From positions 62,001 to 126,000 of the forward strand of contig JAPETS010000022.1 of assembly GCA_026023565.1 (NCBI GenBank): DNA of 64,000 nucleotides, written 5' to 3'. Source of the stretch: Cirrosporium novae-zelandiae. Its lineage: Eukaryota. The position numbers were made by a program, and so were the translations under genes. This document shows positions 50,482 to 61,753 of this stretch, piece after piece (the first letter of the stretch is position 1; each line of letters begins with the position of its first letter). The notes under the pieces were generated by a model. The model had not been told where the DNA came from and did not search any database. It worked only from the letters and a program-made list of their open reading frames with translations.

Positions 50482-51294
50482 AATTGTTGATGGAATCGCT
50501 GCATATTTGGTTTAGAAATCTTGAGATGCAGTGGTGGTGGCGAGGATTTTAGAAGAGGGGTGAGTAGTTAGGGTTGGCTAGCAAGTGATTTGTGAGATGG
50601 GAAGAGTGCTGTAGCAAAAGATTCAAATAAATCTTCAACTCATTTTGCATTAATTTCCAAACCCAATCATATCTTCTTACCTTGACTACAGTACAATACA
50701 TATAAAAACATACTCTTTTCTCTCTTTCTCATTCCTCAAAATTCCATAATTAACCAAATCTCCGTTTCATTAAAAAAGGAACCGATAATTGATTAATTAA
50801 TATATGCACACCACTCTCCCATCTCGGCAAATAGTCAAAAATGCCAAAGTACCTTAATCAAACAATCAATTAAACATTTTTTTGATCATATACCATATAT
50901 TACACACTTAAAGTATCAGATATCCTCGCAATAATCTGGATATATACGTAGTGGGGATAGTAATAAACAGTGATTAATGCGCTCGAATTCGCAGCCGGCA
51001 TTAGAGGAGGGAGGATTGGGTGAATGGATAGCGATTTGTTGAGCCTTTATGTGCTTGGCCCAGACAGTATTTGAGCCGGTGAGGTATTCCGAGAGAACGG
51101 AGTTTTGCTTGTCTACCCACTCCATTCTACGTCCATCTATGGCGACTGTAATACCATGAACTCTGGTGATCAAGATTACGTGTAGGATATCTTAATATCC
51201 CCGTTTGTTATAATCATATCTATTCATCATGTTGAATTTCTCGTTTTTTATCATGTCGGTGGTAGGAATCGTTATACCTATCTCCTTGAAGTTT

Positions 51295-54200
51295 TCAATC
51301 AGCCTTGGCCTCAATACCAGGCTTTCTCAGGATACTACCGGTCTCTTCGTCTTCTTCCCCTCCCCCAGTCCCATCTCCACCGTCTTGCCTTGTCACACAT
51401 CCAACATTCCACGCTTCCATTCCAATCCCACACACAATTAGACGAGATGGTCCATCCGATTCACACTCCCTATTCAATATATCCATGCCCGCCGCATCCG
51501 CAATAGCAGTAGGCTCATCTTTCGATTTCCACGCATCAATATCTCCATCTTCAGAAATCTCCCATTCCACAATCCAGCTCTTCATGCGCTGATCGTTTCC
51601 CGTGGAGACCAGCCAGAAGTATTCCGCGGCTTTTTTCAGGGAGTGGTGGCCGACGAATGAACAGTTGGTCCCTTTTATCGCCGTGGGGGAAAGATAACCG
51701 GTGGCTAACGCTGTGACGGCCGAAGCGTGGGCGTGTGGGATTCTGAGGATTTTTAGTTTGATGTTTTCGGGTCCTATCTTCAGGTTGTGGCTGGGATCGG
51801 ATTCCGGTTGCTTTTGCTGTTCGGTTTGGTTTTGAGCTGGGATAGGAGTATTGAAGAAGCTAATTCGAGTGAGAGCTAAGGCGTTGTCGTCCCCCCCTGT
51901 GATGACTAGCCAGTTGTGGCTATCCGATCGGCTATAGATTATGTCTAGGCTCTTGATGCTGTTTTGGTGTACCTTTTCTATTTTGGAGGGAAGTATTTCA
52001 AGGGATTCCGAGAGAGAAGAGTCGGGAAGCTGGGATACTGAAAGTGTGGTGCCCGGCTGTTGTATAGAGAAATTATAGTGGGTCAGGATATTATCGAGCT
52101 GCCAGAACACGAGACATCCATCTGTGGATGCGGTACATAGATAGAGGGTTCCCTGGGTAAGAACGAAGCGCAATTGGGTTAAGCAAAAGGTTGTGTAGGT
52201 GCCAGAAGCTATGGGGATCATTTTTTTCTGGTCGGGCCTATTGTCAAATAAGAATATCCTTATACTTGAGTCTGACAAACCCATAGCAAGAAGAAAATAA
52301 GGATCCTCCGGGTTTTCGTCTCCTAGACGAACATCCAAGACATCAAAGCAGGTGATTCTCAGGTCTGAAGACTCTGGCCTTGCCCCCTCTTCGGCTTTCT
52401 TGCTCTCCTGGTTTTCCTCGTGCTTTCGGCTCTCTTTGCTTTCTTCATTTTCTTTACTTCTCTCAATCCTCTCCTCTCCCTTTTTTATGCCCCTTTTGCT
52501 TTTCGCCTTTTTCCGATCCTCTTTTTCTTTTTGATTTTGACTTCTAGTCTTCTGGTTCTTTGTAATCTCTCGACGACTGGGGTACTCGCAGACAGCTCCA
52601 GGTCCAAACCCTGGGATATCTCGTACTATCTTCCAAATGTAGAATTCTTCGCGTCCACCGCTGCTGAAAAGATAGTTTCCGGACGATGACCACTGCAGGT
52701 GTTGAATCCCTGTAGTATGTTGTCTCAAGGTTCGGAGACATTCGAATCGAGCTTCGCCATTGGAGGATGCTTTGTACTCAAATAGTCCAATCGCAGTATC
52801 TTCAGCGCCAGTTGCGATCAAGCTCAAGCCACGGAGATTTTTTAGGTGTGAAACTGCAACTGCCTTAATCTCTCTCCCATGCCCGCCTGCACGTATGATC
52901 TTTTGTGCTGCTTCTCTGTGAGAATAATAGTTAAATGTTGATGCTTGGGTCCAGACAAGTTGGCCCTTGATATCATTCACTCCGCCAGTACTTCTAGCTA
53001 TATATTCATAAGCCCAGCTTCTATGGAGTCCTCCACAGTCGACCTTCATGATCACTTGTTGCTTGGATTCATTCCACACGATAAAATCCTTACTTTGAAA
53101 CCCATAAAGAATTATATCTCGAGAATTAAGTTGACTGTTGGAAACATTGTCCAAGGCCACTCCTTCAATACTCCATTTAGAAGGCCCAAAAGAAGGCTTG
53201 CCAATGTGAAGAGTGATTAATATTGGAGTTTGGGCAAATTCACACTGAATATAGTGAATTGCGTAGTACGAGTCGCGACTTGTTGTTAGGAACCACATTG
53301 ACGTTTTGTCCGGATGCTTCAGGGGAGTGATATTCGTTATAGCCGTAATAGCATCGTCATGAATGAGCGGAAAGTAAGACTGAGGTTCAAGGAGTGATTC
53401 ATTTGGCTGTCCCAGATTATCAGCCAAAATCGGATTTATGCATGCAAGTGCACCGGTACGAGATCCTAGGAGTAGTGTTTCTCTTGAGCTGACAAAGAGC
53501 GCACTTGTAACCCTAAAGTTTTCTCGTAGGCAGATTTGAATTTTTCTTGAGAAAATCCCGTTGGGAAGTATCCCAGTAGCACATAAGCTACTAGGAGACA
53601 TGAAACACATAAAACATGATTGTCCCTCACCTTGTTCCTGATGATTAGCTTGGTTTGATTCTTTCATCAGGCCAGTAGCAACAAACCCAAAGACAAAAGG
53701 ATCTTCGCTATAAAATGGAAAAAGGGATTCGATCTTCTCATCTAAAGAAGGAAGTTCTCTGATAGCTAAACCCGCCTCGAATGCAGTCAGTTTGCCATCG
53801 AAGCCAGCAATAATTGCCAATTTCAGCGGGTATGGATAGCTTGCAAGCACTGAATGAGACTTTAGATCATTTTTGGATGCAATCAAGCTGAAGTTGAATT
53901 GGTCCCCGCACACAGGGAATCTAGAATCTGTACGTGGAATCTGTATACTTTCAACTATCTTTCCGGAATCAGTAGTGGCAATAATATAACCAGGACGCCC
54001 CTTCATAAATGCATAGGCTTTAAATGGATCTGGTCGGGATTTCCCAGACGACAGTGTATTGATTTCTGGGATATCGGCAAACCTACAACGGTTTGTGCGA
54101 GTTTCCCGGACAAGGTATGGCAAAGAGTAACAAGTAACACTTCCATCAGCACCCCCTGTAAAGGTGGAGGGGTTTTCAAGGTGACTGTGAATTTGTTCCT

Positions 54201-55458
54201 GGAATACCTCCAGCGACCATATATTTTTGCCTGAATGACAATGATATGTTTGCTGATGGTGAATGCCTATTTTTGATTTGCCATGCGCAAGCTCTGAGAG
54301 ATCAAGCCTCCATAATTGCCAGGTAGCATCTTCTCCTCGAGAAACGATAGATAAAGAAAAAGGAGGCGAATATCCTTGGTCGATAGGTTTAACAAACTGA
54401 ATACCCCAAATTCGGGACTTGTGTCCCCAAGCTGTCGCAAGGCACTGGTTTGGAAGTGAATCATCTGTTCTTTCTGTATTAAGTGAAAATCCAGTATCAT
54501 AATTCGATGCCTTTAAAGCCAATGAAGTATCCACTGGTTCAATAACATCTAGCTTGAAACTTTCTTCACTGTTCGGTAATGTATCAGTAATATCCCAGAT
54601 CCTTATGGTCCGATCATCGCTACAACTAGCTAACAGCCTGCACCTGCGACCTCCTTCAAATTCAAGTTGTGGTGATATCTCCACGCCAAAAATTGATCCT
54701 TGATGTTCAGTGAATTCATAATGAATCCTCGCGCAGGAATCAATATTAGAATTTTGAGAACCCTGATAAGCTTTGTAAGACCAAACTATAATTTTACCAA
54801 ATACTGTGCCAGCTGCAACAATAATCTTTTTATCCAAGTGTTGCCAAATCAAATGGGCAGAATAAAGCATAGATTTCATTATTGAGCCAAGTTTTCTGAC
54901 AGGTCTTGAAGAAATGCTAGTTCCGGATAGGTTTTGAAATTCCTGAAGGAGAAGAACATTGTGTGAAGTAATCATAGCAACGGAGCTTGTAATATGATCG
55001 TTTGTCTTAACATCACTAAAGCTCGCATCAAGAATCCAGTCAGAGACTTTGCCCTCGTGGCTGGATGTAACTCTCGTGATTAATGGTGTGCCATGGTTAG
55101 CTGTGAAGGAAAATTTGATAATTTTGAAGAGGCTACCTCCCCACACAAAAAGATAGCATGATTTCGGCGAGTGAGATGAGCCTGCAGAATCATATACAAC
55201 TATCGAGGGACTTTCGATAGCCTGAACCACGATGCCATGAATAGCCTGTGTCTCAAATATTTTCCGTGTAGAAATCTGGGAGCCTGTTTCAGCATCCAAA
55301 ATCTTGAGAAATGGACCTTGGCCAATAAATAAAATGGCAAGTTTGTCGACTTGGAAGTAACGGAGAGCTGTTACGGGTGCGAGAAGATTGACTCGCTTGA
55401 AAGGTCAATCATATATACAAAATAATTATTATGGAAGACTATTACACACCTCCAACAT
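51295..55458 (-). CDS. TRM734: WDR6/Trm734 (Rtt10) WD40 protein, partner of the Trm7 tRNA 2'-O-methyltransferase; intron 55396..55449
   Basis: A 9-nt first exon (MLE) splices to RVNLLAPVTAL. Motifs include VAAGTVFG, HQGSIFG, LLASCSDDRTIRIWD, WGHKSRIW, SRGEDAT, CGGLHRSW, GHGREIKA, TGGDDNAL and HAHASAVT. Confidence 0.88.
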
Positions 55459-55624
55459 TGTTGGGATTATAACTGCTTATTTCAATGTGGGTTGGAGTTG
55501 ACCAATGCTCAAAATATTTCAAGGGAAGAAAAGCTGTGTGGTTTGTTCGGCCGAGTAAGTAGTCTACGAGGGCATCACGAGCATCGGAACCGAAGGGGTA
55601 ATCTAGTTAATTACAGGGACAAGG

Positions 55625-55651
55625 GGGTAATACGGGTAATACGGGTAATAC
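55625..55651. promoter_or_regulatory. (GGGTAATAC)3 tandem repeat in the WDR6/KMT6 divergent promoter
   Basis: Three exact 9-mers plus a fourth GGGTAAT at 55596. The array contains CGGGTAA twice. A regulatory role is inferred. Confidence 0.55.
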
Positions 55652-56074
55652 TGTGGTATTGTAAACCAGGTATACTTTACAGTAACCTCTTTCAAGTACT
55701 CTATCTAGTCTACTGTAAACAAACATTATTACTTCTTTTGGAAGCCCTCAGCCATCAGTTCATTCACACTATGCAAAATACTATCATGAATTGCTTGGTG
55801 CAAAATATTGATTGATTGCAGAGCGGGATGAACTGTGAATTTAAAAAATGCACTAATAAACATTTTAGTTTAGACAGAAATCGAAGTATTACGGTCTATC
55901 AGGAGGTAGAAACGAACTGATTAATATGGACGACGGTGCAGCTGTTTTCGCCTACGCTGTTATTTTCCCAACTCAACACCAGCAATTACTTCAACTTCAA
56001 CCCATCTACCAACTTGAAGACCAAAACCTAAATCAGTAAATCCGGCTCACCGTCTCCCCTACCCACCTCGTCAT

Positions 56075-59000
56075 ATGTCCAGCATGGTTCAAAAGGATGG
56101 TGAGGTTGTTTATGTCCTCTCTTCCGATGAAGATGAAAAGGGCTATGTTCAGTGTATGTCCACCTTGTTTCTTTCTTCCTAAAAACTTATCCGAGATTGA
56201 AACTTCAATTCAGCCGGACCCGATGTCATCAGTCTCATATCTTCTGATGAGGACGAGTTTATAACCCCATCTCAGAGTGAGCGCTCGTTCCTTTCTTGTT
56301 GTACTGTACTGAATTTTGATCACTTTTCTTTGGTTTCTTTTATCTATCACTAGTCACTTTACTTTGCTTCCCTCATATCTCACATATTATAATCAATGTA
56401 TAGACCCTATCCGTTCCTCAGGAAACAGCTTGAATCATATTTGTGGACCCCACTTTTCGCCAAAACAAGACCACACATCGCAACCTCGAGCCTCGTCTCT
56501 CACAAAGACCAAATGTGAGTCACCATCAGTAGTAGCAGCTACACCTTTGCCTTTAGGAACCCTGCAACCATCAGTCCTGGAACCACCAGCCAGACCCTCA
56601 GTAATCGCAGCTTCACCAGACGGGAGTAACCTACTGTCTACACAAACATCCTCCCGGCTTTCTCCGCTGGAATCATCAAGAGAGACCCATGCAACCCGTG
56701 TATTGTCCGATAATAGTCATGGATCGAATCTGTCCTTTCCGTCGGGCTCTTCTAACTATAATAAAGACACCGCTATTGACAGGGTCCATATAATACCCTC
56801 GAATCCTGGATCTGGTAACAGTGGCAGAACGCATCAGCTTCAGCTAACAGTCAATCAATCGGAACGACTACCAACTTCTGCTCATCCTGTGTCAGATTCT
56901 GATAGTGAACCTGTCCAGTCCTTTTCAAAAATAAAGAAAGCCAAACAAGCCGCTAAGCTGACACCTTCCCAACGGCAAGCTCAAGATGCTGAGGCGGGAT
57001 TCCACGGGAAAAGTCCCTTGTCAAATACTTCTGTACCTTACTGCGGCATGCCTCTACTAAACATGGTGCGGAAAGACACATGGAATAATAATGTTCTATC
57101 GGCTGGGAATAACAATACTACCTCTGAGCCATCTATAAATACAGAAGCCCACGAACCTCCGCCGCCAGTAATTCAGGGTAAGCTATTGCTGAATTGTATA
57201 GAGAATTAAATACTAAATGATGGGTCAAGAATATTCAAAGGCTGAAAATTTAGCCCCCCAGATGTCCGTTAAACCTGGTGGATTGTCTGAGACGGCTGTC
57301 AATGATATATTTAAAAAGCATGTCGCTACTCTTCACGAAGAGCATAAATCCTTGATTAAAGTTAGCTATCTTGATAAATATGCACCTTCACTTGCTTACA
57401 GACTATAGAATTTGCTACAAGATGCTCGAAAAGCTTGCGATATTGGCGTTAAATCTCATGCTTCTGACAATGCGTCCCCCTTCGCTGGCATGAAGCCAAT
57501 GCAAATCGTTGAGGATGCTAAGTCTAGTTTTCTGAGAAAGAACGGCCAAATTCATCAAGAGGTGCGCTTGAAACCTTTTGTAGAGACTTGTTAGATGCTG
57601 AGTAGATGCAACTAGGTATTTAAATCTGGATCCGGAAGACACACCAATCGTGTAATTGACATTACTGCCCCTATGACTCTATATCGCACAGACGCTGCGA
57701 CCTTGCCCACATATTACCACCACTCTACTATATCAGAAAATATTCTGGCAGAGAACGATAGAAATTTGAAATATATGCCTTATTTCAATGATGACGATGA
57801 CGCTGGTGGCGAAAAGAACGAGTTATATATAGAACTTGAACAACGGTTCAGGGATAGAATGCGAGATCGGCCCCAGCGACACAGAGTCGCCGAGAAAGCT
57901 GAGAAATATGGACTTTATGTGATGAGATTCTTGCAGGAAATTGATTGTGATATTCTAACTATTGCTTACTTTTTACTTGATCCCTATCCCGAGACTACGG
58001 CAACACATTTTGGAGAGTCCTCCAGATCTTTATGGAGCGAAAAGAATATTTATAGGTCGACTGACTTGGATCGCCAGCGACAGAGATTGCGAAAGATTTT
58101 CAAATTATCGAAACCCCCAGCAAATGATTATGCTGCAGCACTTGCCGTGTTTGCTTGCAAAGCATTTTGCAGTGAAACTGGTTTCAGTATATGGCATGTG
58201 ATCAAGAAGGAAAAAGCTATTATCAACATTCTTGAGTTATCTCAAAAGGAGGAAAAGTCGAAGTACCAGGGCCCTCGCGTATACAATGATTTATCCTGCC
58301 AGCTCTGCCATCTGTAAGGATTTATTGGCACCTTCAAGAGAAAATATTGACTAACATGCGTTTTTAGGTCTATTGACTGCCCCCACCATGGACATTTCAG
58401 GGAAACGATTGACAGTGATTCAAGTAGTTCTTCGCCCGAATCCGATGATAGTGACGTTGGGCAGTCTGATGGTTCAGAGGACTCCGATGTGGTAGGTTCT
58501 GATTTGGACAACGGCTTGAGCCATAATATTAGGGAGAGGGTCACTCGGTCACTTCGGCCTGAAGACGCAAGTAGCAATACTCACGTTACATATTGCGTAG
58601 AAGATGTTGGTTCAAGTGAAGATTTCCTGGGAATGAATTCCGATGGCACCATAACAGGAATATATAATCGTGCAGAATTTGGAAAACCTGCATTTTCTGA
58701 CGATCAACTTTGTTCGGATACATGCTTCTGGAAGGTGAGCACTAGCCCCCAAGATATGAAGTTTAGAGCTAACCGCTAGAATTAGAAAGCCAATAGGAGG
58801 AGCCACAGTTCATTCGAATGGTCTGAGCAAGATAGAGCAAAGTTTGATAGGATTTATTCAGTGTGCGCTCGTACTCGTAGAGGACCGTGCTGGGCTGCGA
58901 TGCTAATGAGGAAGCCCTGTATAGAGGTATCACAACCCAACGCCTGTTTCCGTTTAGCCCTCGTTTGCTAATGGCTCCCTAGGTGTTCAAAATGATGATA

Positions 59001-60749
59001 TATCGCCCCAACGCTCCCCGCGCTACTCCTAAACCCACTAAGGATCTCCGTACCATCAATCGCCGAGGCTGGAAATACTGGAAGCAACTCGCACCTTTAA
59101 CTCACATCCATGAAGATCGCGAGCCATTTCAGCCTTGCGACCATGAAGGACCTTGTCAAGAATCTAACTGTTCTTGTGTACGTGCAAAAATAGTTTGTGA
59201 AAAAATATGCGGATGTCCTGAAACATGCGATCGACGCTTCCGTGGATGTACCTGTACCCAATTTGGCCGTACCATCTGTTGGCAAAACGACCATTGTGAC
59301 TGCTTTATGTTAAATCGTGAATGTGACGCTGATCTCTGCCATCAATGTGGTGCGGCTGAGATTATCGATGGCTTCAATCAATTGAACGACAAGGCTATAG
59401 CCAAAAAGTGTGGCAATGTATCCATGCAGCGTGGCATTCCCAAACCAACTCTCATGGGTCATTCCGAAATTCAGGGCTGGGGTCTGTATGCGCAAGAGGA
59501 CATCAAAAAGGGCGAATTTATTGGTGAATACAAAGGCGAAATCATTTCCCAAACAGAAGCAGACCGTCGAGGAGCTGTATATCATTATCGGGGTATGGAA
59601 TACCTTTTTAAGCTCAATAAAACCCAAGAGATTGATTCTTCTCGCGCCGGCAACAAAATAAGGTTCATCAACACTGTCAAAGATAGTAAAGATGACCTCA
59701 ACTGCTATGTCCGTGTGCTATTCTGCAACCTGACCCAGCGTATTGGTTTATACGCCGGTCGCGACATCGCCGCCGGACAGGAGCTCTTCTTCGACTACGG
59801 CTACCCCAATTCCGTGACGGAAAACTTCTGGGACAAAGGAGAAAGGAGGATGGAATTCCAAGCAGCAAAGAAAGTTGAAAAAGCCGGGAGGAAATCAACC
59901 AAATCTTCATCAGGGAGACGGGCATACTACAGCAAAAACGGCTATAGCAAAAACGGAAAGAAGATAGGTCGACCGCTGAAAAAAGCCAAGTTGGGCGGTG
60001 GTTCCGCCCCAGCCCAACGCACACATCCAGATGCCACCACCCTTTCTTCTTTACACCTAGAAGGGCTTGGATTGTCCACCCAATCCCACTCTCACGCCTC
60101 CATCCGCCACAAACGCAAGCGCTCGGATCTGGACGCCGAGGCTGCCTCGCAACAACTCCAGGACTCAATATCTACATCATTCGGAGCATCAACAAATGTA
60201 TCCCTCTCAAACCTCACAATCCGAGACAAAATAACTAACGATAACGACACCCACTCCAACTACAGTGTCCCAATATCGTCACCATCCAGCCCCTCCCCTA
60301 CCCCCTCTTCAGACTTTGACTCAAACTCTGGCCCCATAAATGGCGACAACTCCGACAACCCCGACGACTCCGACAACTCTGGAGAAATGGAAACAACAAC
60401 AACAGGTCGCCTCCGCAAAAAAAACTACAATCCTCATAATAAATTATTTGGGGGGTCTGTGCAGAAAAGGGGATGGATTACTCGGAAGAAGAATCAGGCT
60501 AAAAGACAACACTATCATAGTCATAGTCATAATGATGGGGATGGTGATGACGATGGTGATGACGATGACATGGGAAAGGGGAAAGGGGAAGAGAATAATA
60601 AGGTTAAAAGGAAATACATCAGGCAAAAAACGAAAGAGGTGGCGACGCTGACAAAGACGCAGGGTGAGAAGGAGAAAGAAAACGAATGGTGGGAACGGCC
60701 GAGGGGATATGCGGGGAGGTTTCTTCCTACTAGATCTGGATCAGAATGA
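56075..60749 (+). CDS. KMT6: PRC2 catalytic subunit, EZH2/E(z)-like H3K27 methyltransferase (KMT6/SET-7); introns 56154..56213, 56277..56403, 57178..57229, 57361..57408, 57562..57615, 58314..58367, 58735..58785 and 58927..58982
   Basis: CQLCH..DCPHHG, SANT-like segment (W...KPCIEV), CXC domain (PCDHEGPC...CEKICGC...CDRRFRGCTC, NRECDADLC) and SET domain (GWGLY, FIGEYKGEII, YLFKLN, ELFFDYG). The two 5' micro-exons are less certain. Confidence 0.9.
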
Positions 60750-61753
60750 AGGCGGAAGAAACAGAAGAGAGTCTGATGAACCAACTATACACTATACTGA
60801 AATCAGTATATCCAAATCCAACCAATTTTCATCGAGATTTACTTTGCTTGATATCCCTTTGATATCCCCTTCACTTATAGCCTTCCTGATTTAGAAAACG
60901 ATAGCACTTCTTTCTTTGAACCGAGTTTCATCCATCAAAACTAGGAACATAATTAACTAGCCAAACAACTAATACCAAGTAATAATTTTTAAGTATGTTG
61001 ATACATTTCATTTCACTCCCTGTCTACTGCGAGGATCTTGGGTTGATCTGTCTGAACTGTCTGATCTGAATAATTTAGAGGATAAATAAGATAGGATAGG
61101 ATAGAGTATGTCGCTCTTGCCCATCCATCCATTCGTATATCTTTGAAAGTCTCACCCCTCCTCCCTTCCTCCTGCCTTTATCCTCCTTTCTTTATTCATC
61201 CTTCTTTCCACGGGGTATAAAACCCTTCATTCCATAGATAACTGGGTAGGTAACAGAAAACAAGACCAGAGTAAAGGATAGTAATAGCACAGAAGATAAG
61301 AAATAAAACACTAAAATAAAGTCCTGGATGCTATGATATTACATATCAGCATCAATCACAGCAAAACGCCCTAATTGTAAAGGGAGAAAGAAGAAAACGT
61401 TCCCGATAAAAGCCATGATCCAAGAAACGAACCAAGCCAGCTGGCTCTCACTTATGGCATGCCATGGCTACCCGATTGGCAGATCGACTGACACAGCCAA
61501 TCTTTCTTTGTTAGAGGATCCTTATACTTTCCCTTCCCGTATCCATTTTTTGATGGCCAACTGAGCCAGACATGAGATCTAGAATTCCCTTGTACCCGAA
61601 ATAAAGAAACCTGATAACTCCATGCTAATAAGCCCGATCCTAGGTCTGAAAATAACAGAGAAAGTTGATCAAACACCCGGGATGGTCAAGTAAGCGTTAA
61701 ATCGTAAAATGAGTGAAATCGAATCGGCCACAACCAAACTCCCTAGGAGAAAA

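Noticed and set aside
50567..50576. GTTAGGGTT (minus strand AACCCTAAC) as a possible telomerase RNA template
   Set aside because: It is a single 9-mer 90 bp upstream of a tRNA gene, with no recognisable pseudoknot downstream; expected by chance.
50386..55458. tRNA gene adjacent to the tRNA-modification cofactor TRM734
   Set aside because: The known yeast Trm7-Trm734 substrates are tRNA-Phe, -Trp and -Leu(UAA), not Val; the adjacency is probably coincidental.
56244..56260. CTGATGAG as a hammerhead ribozyme core or snoRNA C box
   Set aside because: No stem II/GAAA or D box partner; it is explained by the SDEDE codons of KMT6 exon 2.
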